Positions 28,757 through 38,417 of a stretch of 64,000 nt of DNA are shown in pieces (the first letter of the stretch is position 1; each line of letters begins with the position of its first letter). The translations under genes were made by a program, and so were the position numbers. Under the pieces are notes generated by a model. The model did not search any database. It saw only the letters and a program-made list of their open reading frames with translations, and was not told the origin of the DNA. Source of the DNA: Armatimonadota bacterium (GTDB taxonomy: Bacteria; Armatimonadota; SYMT01); assembly GCA_046292385.1 (NCBI GenBank), contig JBKBRF010000028.1, positions 30,305 through 94,304 on the forward strand, given 5' to 3'.

Positions 28757-30124
28757 ATGAACGATCAGGCTCAGGCTTTTCGGCGCACGGCGCCGTGGCT
28801 ACTCATCGGCGCGCTGGCGCTGGCTGGCGCGGGGGGCGCCATGGCCCAGGCGGAGCGGGTGGAAGTGCCGGCGAACACCGTCCTCCGCGCCGAGCTGACC
28901 CAGCCGCTCAGCAGCCGCACCGCACAGGAGGGGGACCGGGTGGCCGCCGTCCTTTCGGCGACCGACACCAGTGAGCTTCCGGTCGGGACTCGCTTCGAAG
29001 GAACCCTTACCGAAGTCCGGCGGGCCTCGGAGGACCGTCCCGCGGTGCTCGACATGGACTTCCAGCGCGCCATTCTTCCCGACGGGCAAACCCTGAGCGT
29101 GCGCGGCGATCTGGCGAGCCTTTCCGACGAGAACGTCCGCTACCGCGCGGGCGGCCGGGTGGAGGCCCGCCGCGGTAGCGGTGACGGCGGCTTCGATTGG
29201 AAGTGGGTCGGCTACGGCGCGGGAGGAGGCGCCGTGCTGGGCGAGATCTTCGGCGACAACTTCCTCCGCGGCGCGCTGCTCGGCGGCCTCGGCGGCGCGA
29301 TCTACGGCTACCTGAACCGGGACCGCGACCGCGGACAGTACCGGGAGGTGGAGCTCTCTCGCGGCACCGAGCTCGGGATCCGGCTCGACCGGCAACTCGC
29401 GTTCACTCCCGGTGAGAACTACATCGCCAGCCGGGACCGGGCCGGGGAGCGCGTGCTCGGCTCCCGGCAGGAGACGCGCGGCTCCCGGACGCGGCTGCTG
29501 ATCGACGAGCGGGCGGTCGACTTCGGCACGACGCAGCCGCTTCGGATCAACGGCGTTCTCTTCGTGCCCTTGCGCCCGGTCTCGCGCGACGCGGACTGGA
29601 CCCTGCAGCACACCGCGGGGGCGGATGACTTCACGCTTACCACCCCGCGGGGGGAGGTCCGCGCTACCGTCGGCGAGCGCACCATGTCCCAGGGCGACAA
29701 CACCCACACCCTCACCGAGGCGCCGGTGCTGGTGGGCGACGAGGTCTACGTGCCGGTGGAGCTGCTGGGCCGGGTCGACGACCGCCGGATCCGGTGGGAG
29801 CGGCAGAGAGGCGCGGGGACTACGCCCCGCGGAGGCAGCGTGAACGGCGGCACCGGCCGCGTGGCGTTCGACGCGGTGATCCGAGGCCTCGCCGCGATCG
29901 ACTTTACCGACTTTCGGGGGGCGGTGGCCTCGTACGAGATCGTCGATCTGAAGCGGAGCTACAGCCTGGACGAGGCGACGCCGCTGATGCGGCTGATCGA
30001 CCAGAACTCCGGCGCCCGGCGCAACCAGCTCCTCATGACGCGGTTCCTGCGCGACACGCGGCTGATTCGCGACGCGCAGGTGGTGGGCGCGGACCCGGAG
30101 CGGAGGATCATCTACATCTACTGA
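28757..30124 (+). CDS. Secreted protein, paralog 2 of 27558-28610 with an extra C-terminal domain
   Basis: Same domain order with long identical peptide blocks (FDWKWVGYGAGGGAVLGEIFGDNFLRGALLGGLGGAIYGYLNRDRDRG); duplicated upstream leader. Confidence 0.75.
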   Translation: MNDQAQAFRRTAPWLLIGALALAGAGGAMAQAERVEVPANTVLRAELTQPLSSRTAQEGDRVAAVLSATDTSELPVGTRFEGTLTEVRRASEDRPAVLDMDFQRAILPDGQTLSVRGDLASLSDENVRYRAGGRVEARRGSGDGGFDWKWVGYGAGGGAVLGEIFGDNFLRGALLGGLGGAIYGYLNRDRDRGQYREVELSRGTELGIRLDRQLAFTPGENYIASRDRAGERVLGSRQETRGSRTRLLIDERAVDFGTTQPLRINGVLFVPLRPVSRDADWTLQHTAGADDFTLTTPRGEVRATVGERTMSQGDNTHTLTEAPVLVGDEVYVPVELLGRVDDRRIRWERQRGAGTTPRGGSVNGGTGRVAFDAVIRGLAAIDFTDFRGAVASYEIVDLKRSYSLDEATPLMRLIDQNSGARRNQLLMTRFLRDTRLIRDAQVVGADPERRIIYIY

Positions 30125-30151
30125 GAACCTCGGCCTGGCGGCGTGGGGCCC

Positions 30152-30183
30152 GCCGGCGTGGAGTCTTCCGGCTCCACGCCGGC
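30152..30183. terminator. Hairpin between convergent genes (possible bidirectional terminator)
   Basis: GCCGGCGTGGAG-TCTTCCGG-CTCCACGCCGGC. Confidence 0.5.
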
Positions 30184-30194
30184 CGCCTTCGCTT

Positions 30195-30896
30195 TCAGGC
30201 GTCTCCCTCCCCGTTCAGCACCGCCTCCGCCTGCGCGGTGCGGGTGGTGAGCTCACCCCAGGGCAGCTCGACCGCGGCGACGGACCACCCCTCCATCTCG
30301 AACGCCTCCGCCCCGAAGCCGGCCGCCTCCAGCCGCTGGGCCAGCGCCTTCGCCTTCTCCGCGGTGCCGTGACCCACCACCACCCGGTCCGGCTCGAGCT
30401 GGCCCTCCTCGAAGATCTCCACCGCCGGCACCAGCGCCTGCCCGCAGCCGGGGCACGCCTCGTAGGTGTCGTGGAAGAAGAGCAGGCACTCGGGGCAGCC
30501 GCGGACGTCGTAGTCCTCCTCCGCCTCCGCGATCGCCTCTTCGTCGCCGTCCCGCACCGACTGCGCCGCGGTGACCGCCATCCCGACCAGATCCGCTCGC
30601 GTCCGGTGGACGTCGGCCGGCACCGCCAGCGACCAGAGCAGCGTCTCGTCCGCCATTCCGATCGTGGTAAACGGATACTGGCTCAAGCCCTCTCCAGGCA
30701 GGCGGACCACCGGAATCCCCATCGCCTTGAGGTTGCCTTCCACCACCCGGAGCGGCTGGCCGGCTCCGGTGTAGACCCGCACCCACTCCGCCTGCGGGAC
30801 CGCGGCCTCTGCGTCCTGCTCCAGCGGCACGTCGCAGTCCGGGCAGTTCTCCGTCCAGTTGCTGAAAGCGGCGCCGCACTCCGGGCAGTAGGTCAT
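30195..30896 (-). CDS. Hypothetical protein with two zinc-ribbon units, each followed by a DUF2007-like domain
   Basis: GGAGGAG RBS then MTYCPECG..CPDC; second 'CPEC..CPGC'. Confidence 0.75.
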   Translation of the reverse strand: MTYCPECGAAFSNWTENCPDCDVPLEQDAEAAVPQAEWVRVYTGAGQPLRVVEGNLKAMGIPVVRLPGEGLSQYPFTTIGMADETLLWSLAVPADVHRTRADLVGMAVTAAQSVRDGDEEAIAEAEEDYDVRGCPECLLFFHDTYEACPGCGQALVPAVEIFEEGQLEPDRVVVGHGTAEKAKALAQRLEAAGFGAEAFEMEGWSVAAVELPWGELTTRTAQAEAVLNGEGDA

Positions 30897-30980
30897 CTCG
30901 ACTCCTCCGGGAAAAGGGTAGCTCGAGGCTCCGGTCCGGAGCCCCGTGGGATGGTTGGCCGGGAGTGGCGGTCCCACCTC

Positions 30981-31038
30981 GTTAGCAGGTTGCAGGTTAG
31001 CAGGTTGCAGGTTAGCAGGTTGCAGGCTGGCAGGTTGC
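30981..31038. repeat. GCAGGTT tandem repeat (single arm)
   Basis: (GTTAGCAGGTTGCAG)x3 followed by GCTGGCAGGTTGC. Confidence 0.85.
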
Positions 31039-31341
31039 GGGTGGCGTGGTGGGTTCAGGGGAAGACCACCAGTAACCAAACCTCCGCCGACGCCACCGGC
31101 GGCCTCACGGGGGCATCCGGGAAGAACTCACCCCTTTGCGAAAGCAGGAACCGGCGCGAGAGGGAGGCCGAGCAAGCTTGTCACTCCGGCAGTCCCGCCT
31201 GGCTTCGCCCCCGAGTCGAGCGGACGCTACGCCCCGAATGGCTGCCGAACGCGCGCATCGGCACGGGATCGTGCCCTCCGCGGGGAGCGTCAGATCCTGC
31301 CAACACTTCCCGGATGCACCGCTCATGCGTTTAACGCACTG

Positions 31342-32361
31342 CTAATGCGCCAGGGTGCGCCAGGGGGCGGGCTGGCCGGCTTCGCTCCAGAGGGCGCCGG
31401 AGACGGGGAGGAACTCGTCCGGATCGGAGAGGGTGGGCGCCTCGCCGCCCGGCAGTGTCTCCAGCTCCGGGTCGGATTTGGGCGAGCGGGTGATGACGAC
31501 GCGGCCGATCCGGAGGTCCTGCCGGAGGCGGCCGCCGAGCGCGAGGGAGCGGTAGGCGCTCCAGTTGGCGCGCACCGCCACCACCAGCAGCAGCAGCCCG
31601 GTGAGGAGCTGGGTGCCTTCCAACCGGCCTCCGGAGAGCACCAGCACGGTGCCGAGCCAGGCATCCAGCGCCACCGCGAGGAGGAGCGGTCGGAGCGTGA
31701 GGCGGCGGATGTGCCGGCGGAGCTCCTCGGTCTCCGCGGCGGTGAGCTCCCGGTGGTTCAGGTAGACCTCTTCCCCGCTGGTGCGGGCGGGGGAGACCCA
31801 CTCGGCGGCCGTCGCGGCGTATTCCGGCACCTCCGCCACGCGTCGCCGGCGCGCGCGGATCCAGCGCCGCGGCCGCACGCCGTTCGCCTGCAAGACGCCG
31901 CCGGAGACCGGGAGCACTTCGAGCCACTGCGTCTCCTCGGAGCCGGCTTGCAGCAGCCCCTCCTTGAGGAGCGACTGCAGGCTCTCGTCCGGAGCCGGGA
32001 GGTGCGGGATCACCCCCTCGAAGCGCTGCACCGCCCCCTGCCGGGCGTCGCGGGACAGGGCACGCGCCCAGCGGAGCCAGTCCCGGCCGGCGAGGAGCAG
32101 GAGCGCCATCACGACCAGGCCGACCACCACCACCACGGCCACCAGGCCGGAGGCGACCGGCCGCGAGGCGAGCGGGAGGCCCAGCACGACGAAGGTGGCG
32201 AAGGCGAGCGGGAAGAGAACGAAGGCGAGGGCGCTCCAGAGGTACCGGGCGAACGCGGCGTACCGGATTTCGATCCGCTCCGCCGGCGTGAGGGCGCGAA
32301 ACTCCGCCAGACGCAGGCCGGCGCACCAGTCGGTGGCGTCCGGGCTGCGCTCTTCCGCCAT
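31342..32361 (-). CDS. Hypothetical membrane protein with two-fold internal repeat
   Basis: Two TM pairs, each preceded by 'R.LT.AE..E.R' and followed by 'E.LPVSG'; 6 bp downstream of mqnE. Confidence 0.7.
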   Translation of the reverse strand: MAEERSPDATDWCAGLRLAEFRALTPAERIEIRYAAFARYLWSALAFVLFPLAFATFVVLGLPLASRPVASGLVAVVVVVGLVVMALLLLAGRDWLRWARALSRDARQGAVQRFEGVIPHLPAPDESLQSLLKEGLLQAGSEETQWLEVLPVSGGVLQANGVRPRRWIRARRRRVAEVPEYAATAAEWVSPARTSGEEVYLNHRELTAAETEELRRHIRRLTLRPLLLAVALDAWLGTVLVLSGGRLEGTQLLTGLLLLVVAVRANWSAYRSLALGGRLRQDLRIGRVVITRSPKSDPELETLPGGEAPTLSDPDEFLPVSGALWSEAGQPAPWRTLAH

Positions 32362-32367
32362 CGGGGG

Positions 32368-33546
32368 CTAGCTCAGGACCGGCAGCCCGACGCGGGCCGG
32401 CGGCCGGGCCCCGGCGGGGAGACCCTCCACGTCCCAGCGGTGGACCACGTTGTAGAGGGCGTCCCGCTCCACCGGCACCCGGCCGGCTTCGCGGATCAGC
32501 TCCAGCAGCTCGTCCAGCGTGAGCGACTGCCGGTTGCTCCGGTCGATCACGTGGGTGATCTCGTAGTTCATGATCGTGCCGTCGAAGTCGTTCGCGCCGT
32601 ACCGCAGGGAGAGCTGCGCTACCGGCGGCGTGATCATCATCCAGAACGCCTTGATGTGCGGGAAGTTGTCCAGCATCAGGCGGGAGATCGCGATCGTCTT
32701 CAGGTCGTCCACCCCGGTGGAGCGCGGCACGTCGGCGAGCTGCGTGTTCTGGGGGTCGAAGGCAAGCGGGATGAAGCTGAGGAAGCCGCCGGTCTCGTCC
32801 TGCAGCTCCCGGAGCCGCACCAGGTGCTCCACCCGTTCCGGCAGCGTCTCGATGTGGCCGTAGAGCATGGTGGCGTTCGACTTGAGCCCCACGGAGTGCG
32901 CCACCCGCGCCGTCTCCAGCCAGTCCCGCCAGTCGAGCTTCTTGTTGTAGAGGATCTCGTGGACGCGCGGGGTCAGCACCTCCGCGCCGCCGCCGGGGAG
33001 CGCGCCCAGCCCGGCTTCCATGAGATCGCGCAGCACCTCTTCCAGCGGCTTCTCCGCCTTGCGAGCGATCTGCTGCAGCTCGATCATGGTGAACGCCTTC
33101 ACGGTGGCGTTCGGGCGCTCTTCCTTGATGGCGCGGACGATCTGCAGGTAGTAGGAGTAGGGCAGCCGCGGGTTGATGCCCCCCACCATGTGGATCTCGG
33201 TGATCGGAACGTCGACGTACTCCCGCACGCGGCGGCGGATCGCCTCCACGTCGAGCTCGTACGGGTCCGGTCCGCCCTTCTTCGCGAAGAAGGAGCAGAA
33301 CTTGCAGTCCTTGTTGCAGATGTTGGTGTAGTTGACGTGCTGGTTGCGGACGAAGTAGGTGACGTCGCCGTGCCGCGCTTCCCGCACCCAGTTTGCCATC
33401 GCGCCGATGGCGGTCGCCTCGCTGCTCTCGTACAGGCGGACGCCGTCTTCGAAGCTGAGCCGCTCTCCGGCCTGGACCTTTTCCCAGATCGGCGCCAGCC
33501 CCGCGCGCTCGATGTACCGGTCCATAGGGGTCTGCGATCCGCGCAT
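32368..33546 (-). CDS. mqnE: Aminofutalosine synthase MqnE (CofH/MqnC-like radical SAM)
   Basis: 'NYTNICNKDCKFCSF' CxxxCxxC, 'EIHMVGGI', 'LPGGGAE', 'NATMLYGHIE', 'LQDETGGF', 'NFPHIKAFW', 'PVERD'; true start may be 33525. Confidence 0.88.
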   Translation of the reverse strand: MRGSQTPMDRYIERAGLAPIWEKVQAGERLSFEDGVRLYESSEATAIGAMANWVREARHGDVTYFVRNQHVNYTNICNKDCKFCSFFAKKGGPDPYELDVEAIRRRVREYVDVPITEIHMVGGINPRLPYSYYLQIVRAIKEERPNATVKAFTMIELQQIARKAEKPLEEVLRDLMEAGLGALPGGGAEVLTPRVHEILYNKKLDWRDWLETARVAHSVGLKSNATMLYGHIETLPERVEHLVRLRELQDETGGFLSFIPLAFDPQNTQLADVPRSTGVDDLKTIAISRLMLDNFPHIKAFWMMITPPVAQLSLRYGANDFDGTIMNYEITHVIDRSNRQSLTLDELLELIREAGRVPVERDALYNVVHRWDVEGLPAGARPPARVGLPVLS

Positions 33547-34104
33547 CCGGCTCTACTCCTCCCGCCGGGCCGCCGGCATCTACGGCGCCCGCTCGCTGCC
33601 CGCCCGTCTACCCGATTCTATCATTCGCGGAGCTCTTTCCACGCCGCACGCGACTCTGCCTTCCGGCCGCGAGGCAATCCCTCCGGGCCCGGCCAGCGCT
33701 CCGACTTTAGTAGGGTTTTCCCGGCTGCCCAGGCACGAACCGGCGGCGGCGGCAGAAAAGCGTCATCCGAAAGTATCAAGATCCCTGGTTTGCTACCGAT
33801 CATCTGGTCATCCCTCGATGGACAAGCGAGGGAGCGATCAACCAGGCGCCGAGCGGCACCTCATGCTTTGCGAGCGAGGTGTGCCGGCCAGAGCCAAGCA
33901 ACGAACAGCGTCCCCGTGCCTGCGGGCGGGGGACGGAACGCGGCCCCGAGACCGAAGCGCTTCATCCGTTTTCGCGTGCCCGAGATCGCGCTCCACTTCT
34001 GTGGACGGCGGGAGAGCCTGCCGCCGACGAGTGCGAGCGGAGACCGGGCAGGCTGCTGCTGCGGACCGGTCTACTGCAAGGGGCCGGCCGGAAGCCTTTC
34101 GTCA

Positions 34105-34785
34105 ATGAGCCTATACCAAGAGCGGGCGGAGCGCTGGGGGAGCCGGCGCACCGTCCGGATGCAGAGCGCGGGCAACGACCCGCAGGCGGCCTGGGAGCTG
34201 GTGGCGGCGAATCCGCACCTGAGCGCGGTCGCCGTAAGCGCCTACCTCCGCCGGTTCCGGGTTCCGGGCGGGCTGGGACTGGAGCGGGAGGACCTGCTCT
34301 CCGAAGCGCGGCTGGCGGTGCACGCCGCCGCCCGGAAGTGGGACCCGCGCCGCGGCAGCTTCGCCTCTTATGCCGTCGCCAGCGTGCGCTACCGGCTGCA
34401 CCGGCTGGGCGGCCTCTGCAACTCCCCGGAGGCGAGGGAGCGGAAGTCGCTGCTGCGCGCCGCCCCGCTCTCCGAGGTGCACGAAGAGGCGAGCCCGGAG
34501 TGGTTCATCGACTCCACGGTGCCCGGACCGGACGACGTGGAAGGGGAAGCCTTTCGGGAGGCGCTTTACGGTGCCATCGACGCACTGCCCGCCCGTCCCC
34601 GCTCCGTGGTGGAACGGTTCCTCTCCGGCAAGTCGTTCCTGGAGATCGCGGAAGAGGAAGGCTGCAGCCGGCAGCGGGTCGACCAGCTCTACCGGGGCGC
34701 CGTGAAGCGGCTGCGGGAGAGCCTGGAGCCGTGGCTGGACCCGGACGCGCTCTCCGCGCGCCTCGAGGCGCAGTTGCGGGGCTGA
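34105..34785 (+). CDS. Alternative sigma-70 family sigma factor (regions 2 and 4)
   Basis: C-terminal part of ORF 30946-34785: 'EDLLSEARLAV..AARKWDPRRGSFASYA', 'IDALPAR', 'EIAEEEGCSRQRVDQL..AVKRLR'; start uncertain. Confidence 0.8.
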   Translation: MSLYQERAERWGSRRTVRMQSAGNDPQAAWELVAANPHLSAVAVSAYLRRFRVPGGLGLEREDLLSEARLAVHAAARKWDPRRGSFASYAVASVRYRLHRLGGLCNSPEARERKSLLRAAPLSEVHEEASPEWFIDSTVPGPDDVEGEAFREALYGAIDALPARPRSVVERFLSGKSFLEIAEEEGCSRQRVDQLYRGAVKRLRESLEPWLDPDALSARLEAQLRG

Positions 34786-34960
34786 GTGGGAGAGCCTTCG
34801 GAGACGGAGAGACAGAGGGACGGAGAGACAGCGGGACGGAGCAGGGATCGCTCGGCGGAAGCCGGCAGCCGTTCCGGCGAGCCTTCGAGTAAGAGGCGTC
34901 GATGACGCTCCAGGTCACCCGCGGCCGTGAGGAGTGCGGCGGCGGATCCTGCTCGCGGGG

Positions 34961-35059
34961 CCTCACCCTCGGTCCCTCTCCTGAGAGGAGAGGGAAGCTA
35001 TGGGTGTGTGCCCAGCCTGCTCCCCCTTCCCTCTCAGGGAAGGGGGTTGGGGGGTTAGG
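34961..35059. repeat. REP-like inverted element (CCCTCTCC...GGAGAGGG type)
   Basis: CCTCACCCTCGGTCCCTCTCCTGAGAGGAGAGGG and CCCCTTCCCTCTCAGGGAAGGGGGTTGGGGGTTAGG. Confidence 0.7.
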
Positions 35060-35107
35060 CCGCGCCGGAGTGCTTACCCGCCGTGTTACATCTCTGCGAC
35101 TATTCCC

Positions 35108-35180
35108 AGAGCAGTAGGAGCCTCCGGAGCGGGAGGTCCGGATTCATCCCTCATCGTTCCGCCCTCATCCTTCATCCCTC
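35108..35180 (-). repeat. GAGGGAT-heptamer composite 3'-end element, copy 2
   Basis: Reverse complement reads AGGGATGAAGGATGAGGG...GATGAGGGATGAATCCGGACC...GCTCCTACT, just after the ndh stop. Confidence 0.75.
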
Positions 35181-35198
35181 GGCATCCCTTACTCCCAC

Positions 35199-36548
35199 TC
35201 AGCTCCGTAGGGCGCCGGCTTCCGCCTCCGCGGGGGCGGCGACGTCGGAGGTGAGATCGACCGGCACTTCGGGGGTGATCAGGCGGGCGCCGCGCTTGCG
35301 GGTGAAGTAGCTGAGCGCCCACTGGGTCAGCACCAGCATCCGGTTCTCGAACTCCACCAGGTAGAGGATGTGGATGAACATCCAGAGCAGCCAGGCGAAG
35401 AAGCCGCGCACGCGCCAGCGGCCGATGGCGGCGACGGCGGCGTTGCGGCCGATGACCGCCAGGCTCCCCTTGTCCTGGTAGCGGAACCGGTCCGGGCCGG
35501 CACCCGCGCCGCGCCGGAGCCGCCGGCCGACGAAGCGCCCCTGCTGGATCGCCACCGGCGCCACGCCGGGCAGCGGACGCTCTACGCCGTGGGCGAAGTG
35601 GGCCAGGTCGCCGATCACGTAGACCTCCGGGTGACCGGGCAGGGTGAGGTCCGGCTCCACGACAACGCGGCCGGTCCGGTCCAACTCCGCGCCGGCGCGG
35701 CGGGCGAGCGCCGCTCCGAGCGGGGAGGCTTTCATCCCCGCGGCCCAGAGGACCGTGCGAGCCGGCAGCCGCTCCTCCGTCTCCCCCGCGCGCACGCGGA
35801 CCCCGTCCGCCTCGATGCCGGTCACCTGCACGCCGGTCCGCACTTCCACGCCGAGCGCCGCCAGCGAGGAAGCAGCCGCCTCCGAGAGCGAATCCGGGTA
35901 GGCGGGCAGGATCCGCGGGCCGCCCTCCAGCAGGAGCACCCGCGCAGAGGCCGGGTCGAAGCTGCGGAAGTCGTGCTTCAGCGTGTGCCGCGCCAGCTCG
36001 CCGAGGGCGCCGGCCAGCTCCACCCCGGTGGGGCCGCCGCCGACCACCACGAAGGTGAGCCAGGCCGCCCGCGCGGCGGGATCGGTCTCCCGCTCCGCCG
36101 CTTCGAAGGCGATGAAGACCTTGCGTCGGATCTCCAGCGCGTCCTGTACCGTCTTGAGCCCCGGCGCGGAGCCCTCCCACTCCGGGTTCCCGAAGTAGTG
36201 CGAAGTGGCGCCGGCGGCGACGATCAGCGTGTCGTACGGCACCTCGCCGTCCCGGAGGATCACCCGGCGCCGGTCCAGGTCGAAGTCGACCACCTCCGCC
36301 TGGAGCACGCGCGTGTTCCGCTGCCGGTTGAGCACCGCTCGCAGCGGAGAGGAGATGTCGGCCGGGGAGAGGCCGCCGGTTGCCACCTGGTAGAGCAGCG
36401 GCTGGAACAGGTGGAAGTTGCGGCGGTCGATCAGCGTGACGTCGACCGCCGCCGTCCCGAGCTGCTGGGCGGCGTAGAGCCCCCCGAAGCCCCCACCGAC
36501 GATGACCACCCGGGGCCGGGCCGGCGCCGGGATCTGCTTGCGTATCAC
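35199..36548 (-). CDS. ndh: Type II NADH dehydrogenase (NDH-2)
   Basis: 'VVIVGGGFGG', 'HLFQPLLYQVATG', 'VVGGGPTGVELAG', 'LWAAG', 'IGDLA', 'APVAIQQG'; GTG start at 36548 inferred. Confidence 0.92.
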   Translation of the reverse strand: MIRKQIPAPARPRVVIVGGGFGGLYAAQQLGTAAVDVTLIDRRNFHLFQPLLYQVATGGLSPADISSPLRAVLNRQRNTRVLQAEVVDFDLDRRRVILRDGEVPYDTLIVAAGATSHYFGNPEWEGSAPGLKTVQDALEIRRKVFIAFEAAERETDPAARAAWLTFVVVGGGPTGVELAGALGELARHTLKHDFRSFDPASARVLLLEGGPRILPAYPDSLSEAAASSLAALGVEVRTGVQVTGIEADGVRVRAGETEERLPARTVLWAAGMKASPLGAALARRAGAELDRTGRVVVEPDLTLPGHPEVYVIGDLAHFAHGVERPLPGVAPVAIQQGRFVGRRLRRGAGAGPDRFRYQDKGSLAVIGRNAAVAAIGRWRVRGFFAWLLWMFIHILYLVEFENRMLVLTQWALSYFTRKRGARLITPEVPVDLTSDVAAPAEAEAGALRS

Positions 36549-36800
36549 TCTCGCTATCCTTTGCTCGCCGGGTGCACCGGTGGGTGCTCGCCCGGCTCTT
36601 GAGAAATCTTTCACAAGCATTATACCACGCCGCGCGCGCCGGTGTTACCCCGGTGTCGAGCCGCGCGTCAAAGGCGTAACTACAGGGTTCCCGGGGTATG
36701 CGCCAGGGGGTGAGAAAGCTCCCGGAACATTAGGAGTTCTTTAGAGGTCATAAGCCTTACTGGCAGATCGGCCCACCGGGGGCGGGGAAGGACGGAGAGG

Positions 36801-37355
36801 ATGACGTACTGGAAGTCGCTGGGGATCGGAGCGATTGCAGGGATGCGGAGCATGACGGCCCCGGCGCTGGTGAGCGACTCGCTCTCCCGGGGAGAGACGC
36901 CGTCGAACGGCACGCTGGCGGCCCGCCTGCTCGAGTCCCCCGAGGCGGCCTCGGCCCTGAAGGTGCTCGCCGCCGGCGAGATGGCGGCGGACAAGACGCC
37001 CTGGATACCGGACCGCGTGGCGCCGCTGGGGCTGCTGGGCCGCGCCGCCACCGGCGCCGCCGCGGGCGCCGCGGTGTGCGATGACGAGCACTGCCGTCCG
37101 GAGATCGCCGCGATGATGGGCGCCGCGGCCGCGGTCGTCTCCGCCTGCGGAATGTACGGCCTGCGCCGCGCGCTGGGCCGGTCGCTCCCGGTGCCGGACG
37201 CCGTGCTCGGCGCGGCGGAGGACGCCCTCGCCCTGGGCGGCGGCCGGATGCTGCTGCGGGCGAGCGAGACCGGCACCGTCCCGGTGGGGCGCGTCCCGTT
37301 CCCGGAGTTCGACTACACGGAGTTCAGCCGCCTGAAGATCGAGCCGGCGGGCTGA
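36801..37355 (+). CDS. DUF4126-like membrane protein
   Basis: 'GAIAGMRSMTAPA', 'GEMAADKTP..PDR', 'AAED'. Confidence 0.7.
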   Translation: MTYWKSLGIGAIAGMRSMTAPALVSDSLSRGETPSNGTLAARLLESPEAASALKVLAAGEMAADKTPWIPDRVAPLGLLGRAATGAAAGAAVCDDEHCRPEIAAMMGAAAAVVSACGMYGLRRALGRSLPVPDAVLGAAEDALALGGGRMLLRASETGTVPVGRVPFPEFDYTEFSRLKIEPAG

Positions 37356-37386
37356 GCGCGGTTTTTGTCGGCCCGCCCGCGAGTCC

Positions 37387-37495
37387 GCGAGGCATTGAAA
37401 TACCTCGCTTGAGGGTACGCGGGAAGTGCGGCCGGGTTCGCGCCTGCGACTGAAGTCGAGGCTACTGAGAGCGAAGCCCGCCTGCGCGGGCTCAG
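37387..37495. repeat. REP-like cluster (GTAG-palindrome type), shared with 63513-63708
   Basis: GCGAGGCATTGAAATACCTCGC hairpin plus CGCCTGCGACTGAAGTCGAGGCTAC...AGCGAAGCCCGCCTGCGCGGGCTCAG. Confidence 0.75.
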
Positions 37496-37655
37496 TTCTT
37501 CCGCCCCCAGAACCTCGCGGTACTTACGTCCAGACCCTTCGGTAGGCGCTTGCCGCGGTTTCAACCGCCCGGTGGCTGGGTGAAGCCCCCCTCACGCGGG
37601 CGGAGAGCCATCCTGTTGGGGGGCCCGGCGGTAACCGCACGGCCCCTCGCTGCCT

Positions 37656-38417
37656 CTACTCCCGGTGCAGGCGCTGCGGGAGGGGCAGGTCTTCAGCCGT
37701 CGGCTCCCGGGCGGGGAGGGGTAGGTCCGGCTCGTCTTCCCGGGCGACACTGCCGGGGAGCGGGAGGTGACGGGTCTCCGCGCTTCGCTCCGCCAGGTGC
37801 AGGAGCCTCTCGTAGAGCGTGGTACCGGCGCCGGACTCAAGAGACTGCACCAGCTCGCGAAGCGTGGGCGTCGTCGGGGAGAGGTCTGCCCAGGGATGCT
37901 TCCGCGCGATCCGATAGAGCGCGCTGGCAACCTGCTCACGGAGCGGGGGCCTCGCTTCGCTCAGGATGATGGAGAGGTCCGGGACCGCGGCCGGGTCGGC
38001 GATCTCACCGAGGAGCGTCACCAGTCGAGACTGCGCGGCGGGTCCGGCGGCGCGGGCGCTGCCAGCAAGCCGGGGCACGGCCGGCGATCCGATCCGAACC
38101 AGCCCACGTGCCGCCTCCTGCGCCAGCCCCGGCTCACCCTCGGCGGCGAGCTGGCAGAGCTCCTGGATATCCTCCGGCGTGCGCCGTGCGATCAGACGCA
38201 CGACGCGGATCTTTCGATGATCCTGGACGGCGCCTCGACGCAGCCACCGGGGCTCCGCGATCGATTCAGTGGGCGCGGGTGCATCGCCCTCGCGCCCACG
38301 GAGCGGCCGGAAGGCCCACCAAAGAAAGGCGGCGAACGGCAGGAGAATCAGCCAGCCGAGCGAGTATGCGTCGAAGCCGAATAGGTTCACCAGGAGACTT
38401 CCAGTCGGGTTCGGCAC
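37656..38417 (-). CDS. N-terminally anchored HEAT-repeat protein, paralog A
   Basis: TM segment; 'LAQEAARGLVRIG..AVP', 'LGEIADPAAVP.L'; C-terminal LPxP repeats. Confidence 0.72.
   Translation of the reverse strand: MPNPTGSLLVNLFGFDAYSLGWLILLPFAAFLWWAFRPLRGREGDAPAPTESIAEPRWLRRGAVQDHRKIRVVRLIARRTPEDIQELCQLAAEGEPGLAQEAARGLVRIGSPAVPRLAGSARAAGPAAQSRLVTLLGEIADPAAVPDLSIILSEARPPLREQVASALYRIARKHPWADLSPTTPTLRELVQSLESGAGTTLYERLLHLAERSAETRHLPLPGSVAREDEPDLPLPAREPTAEDLPLPQRLHRE

Noticed and set aside
30946..34104. 1279-aa ORF 30946-34785 as one giant protein
   Set aside because: Its first approximately 1050 codons are the antisense shadow of mqnE and 31342-32361 plus repeat DNA; only the C-terminal sigma-like part has recognisable motifs.
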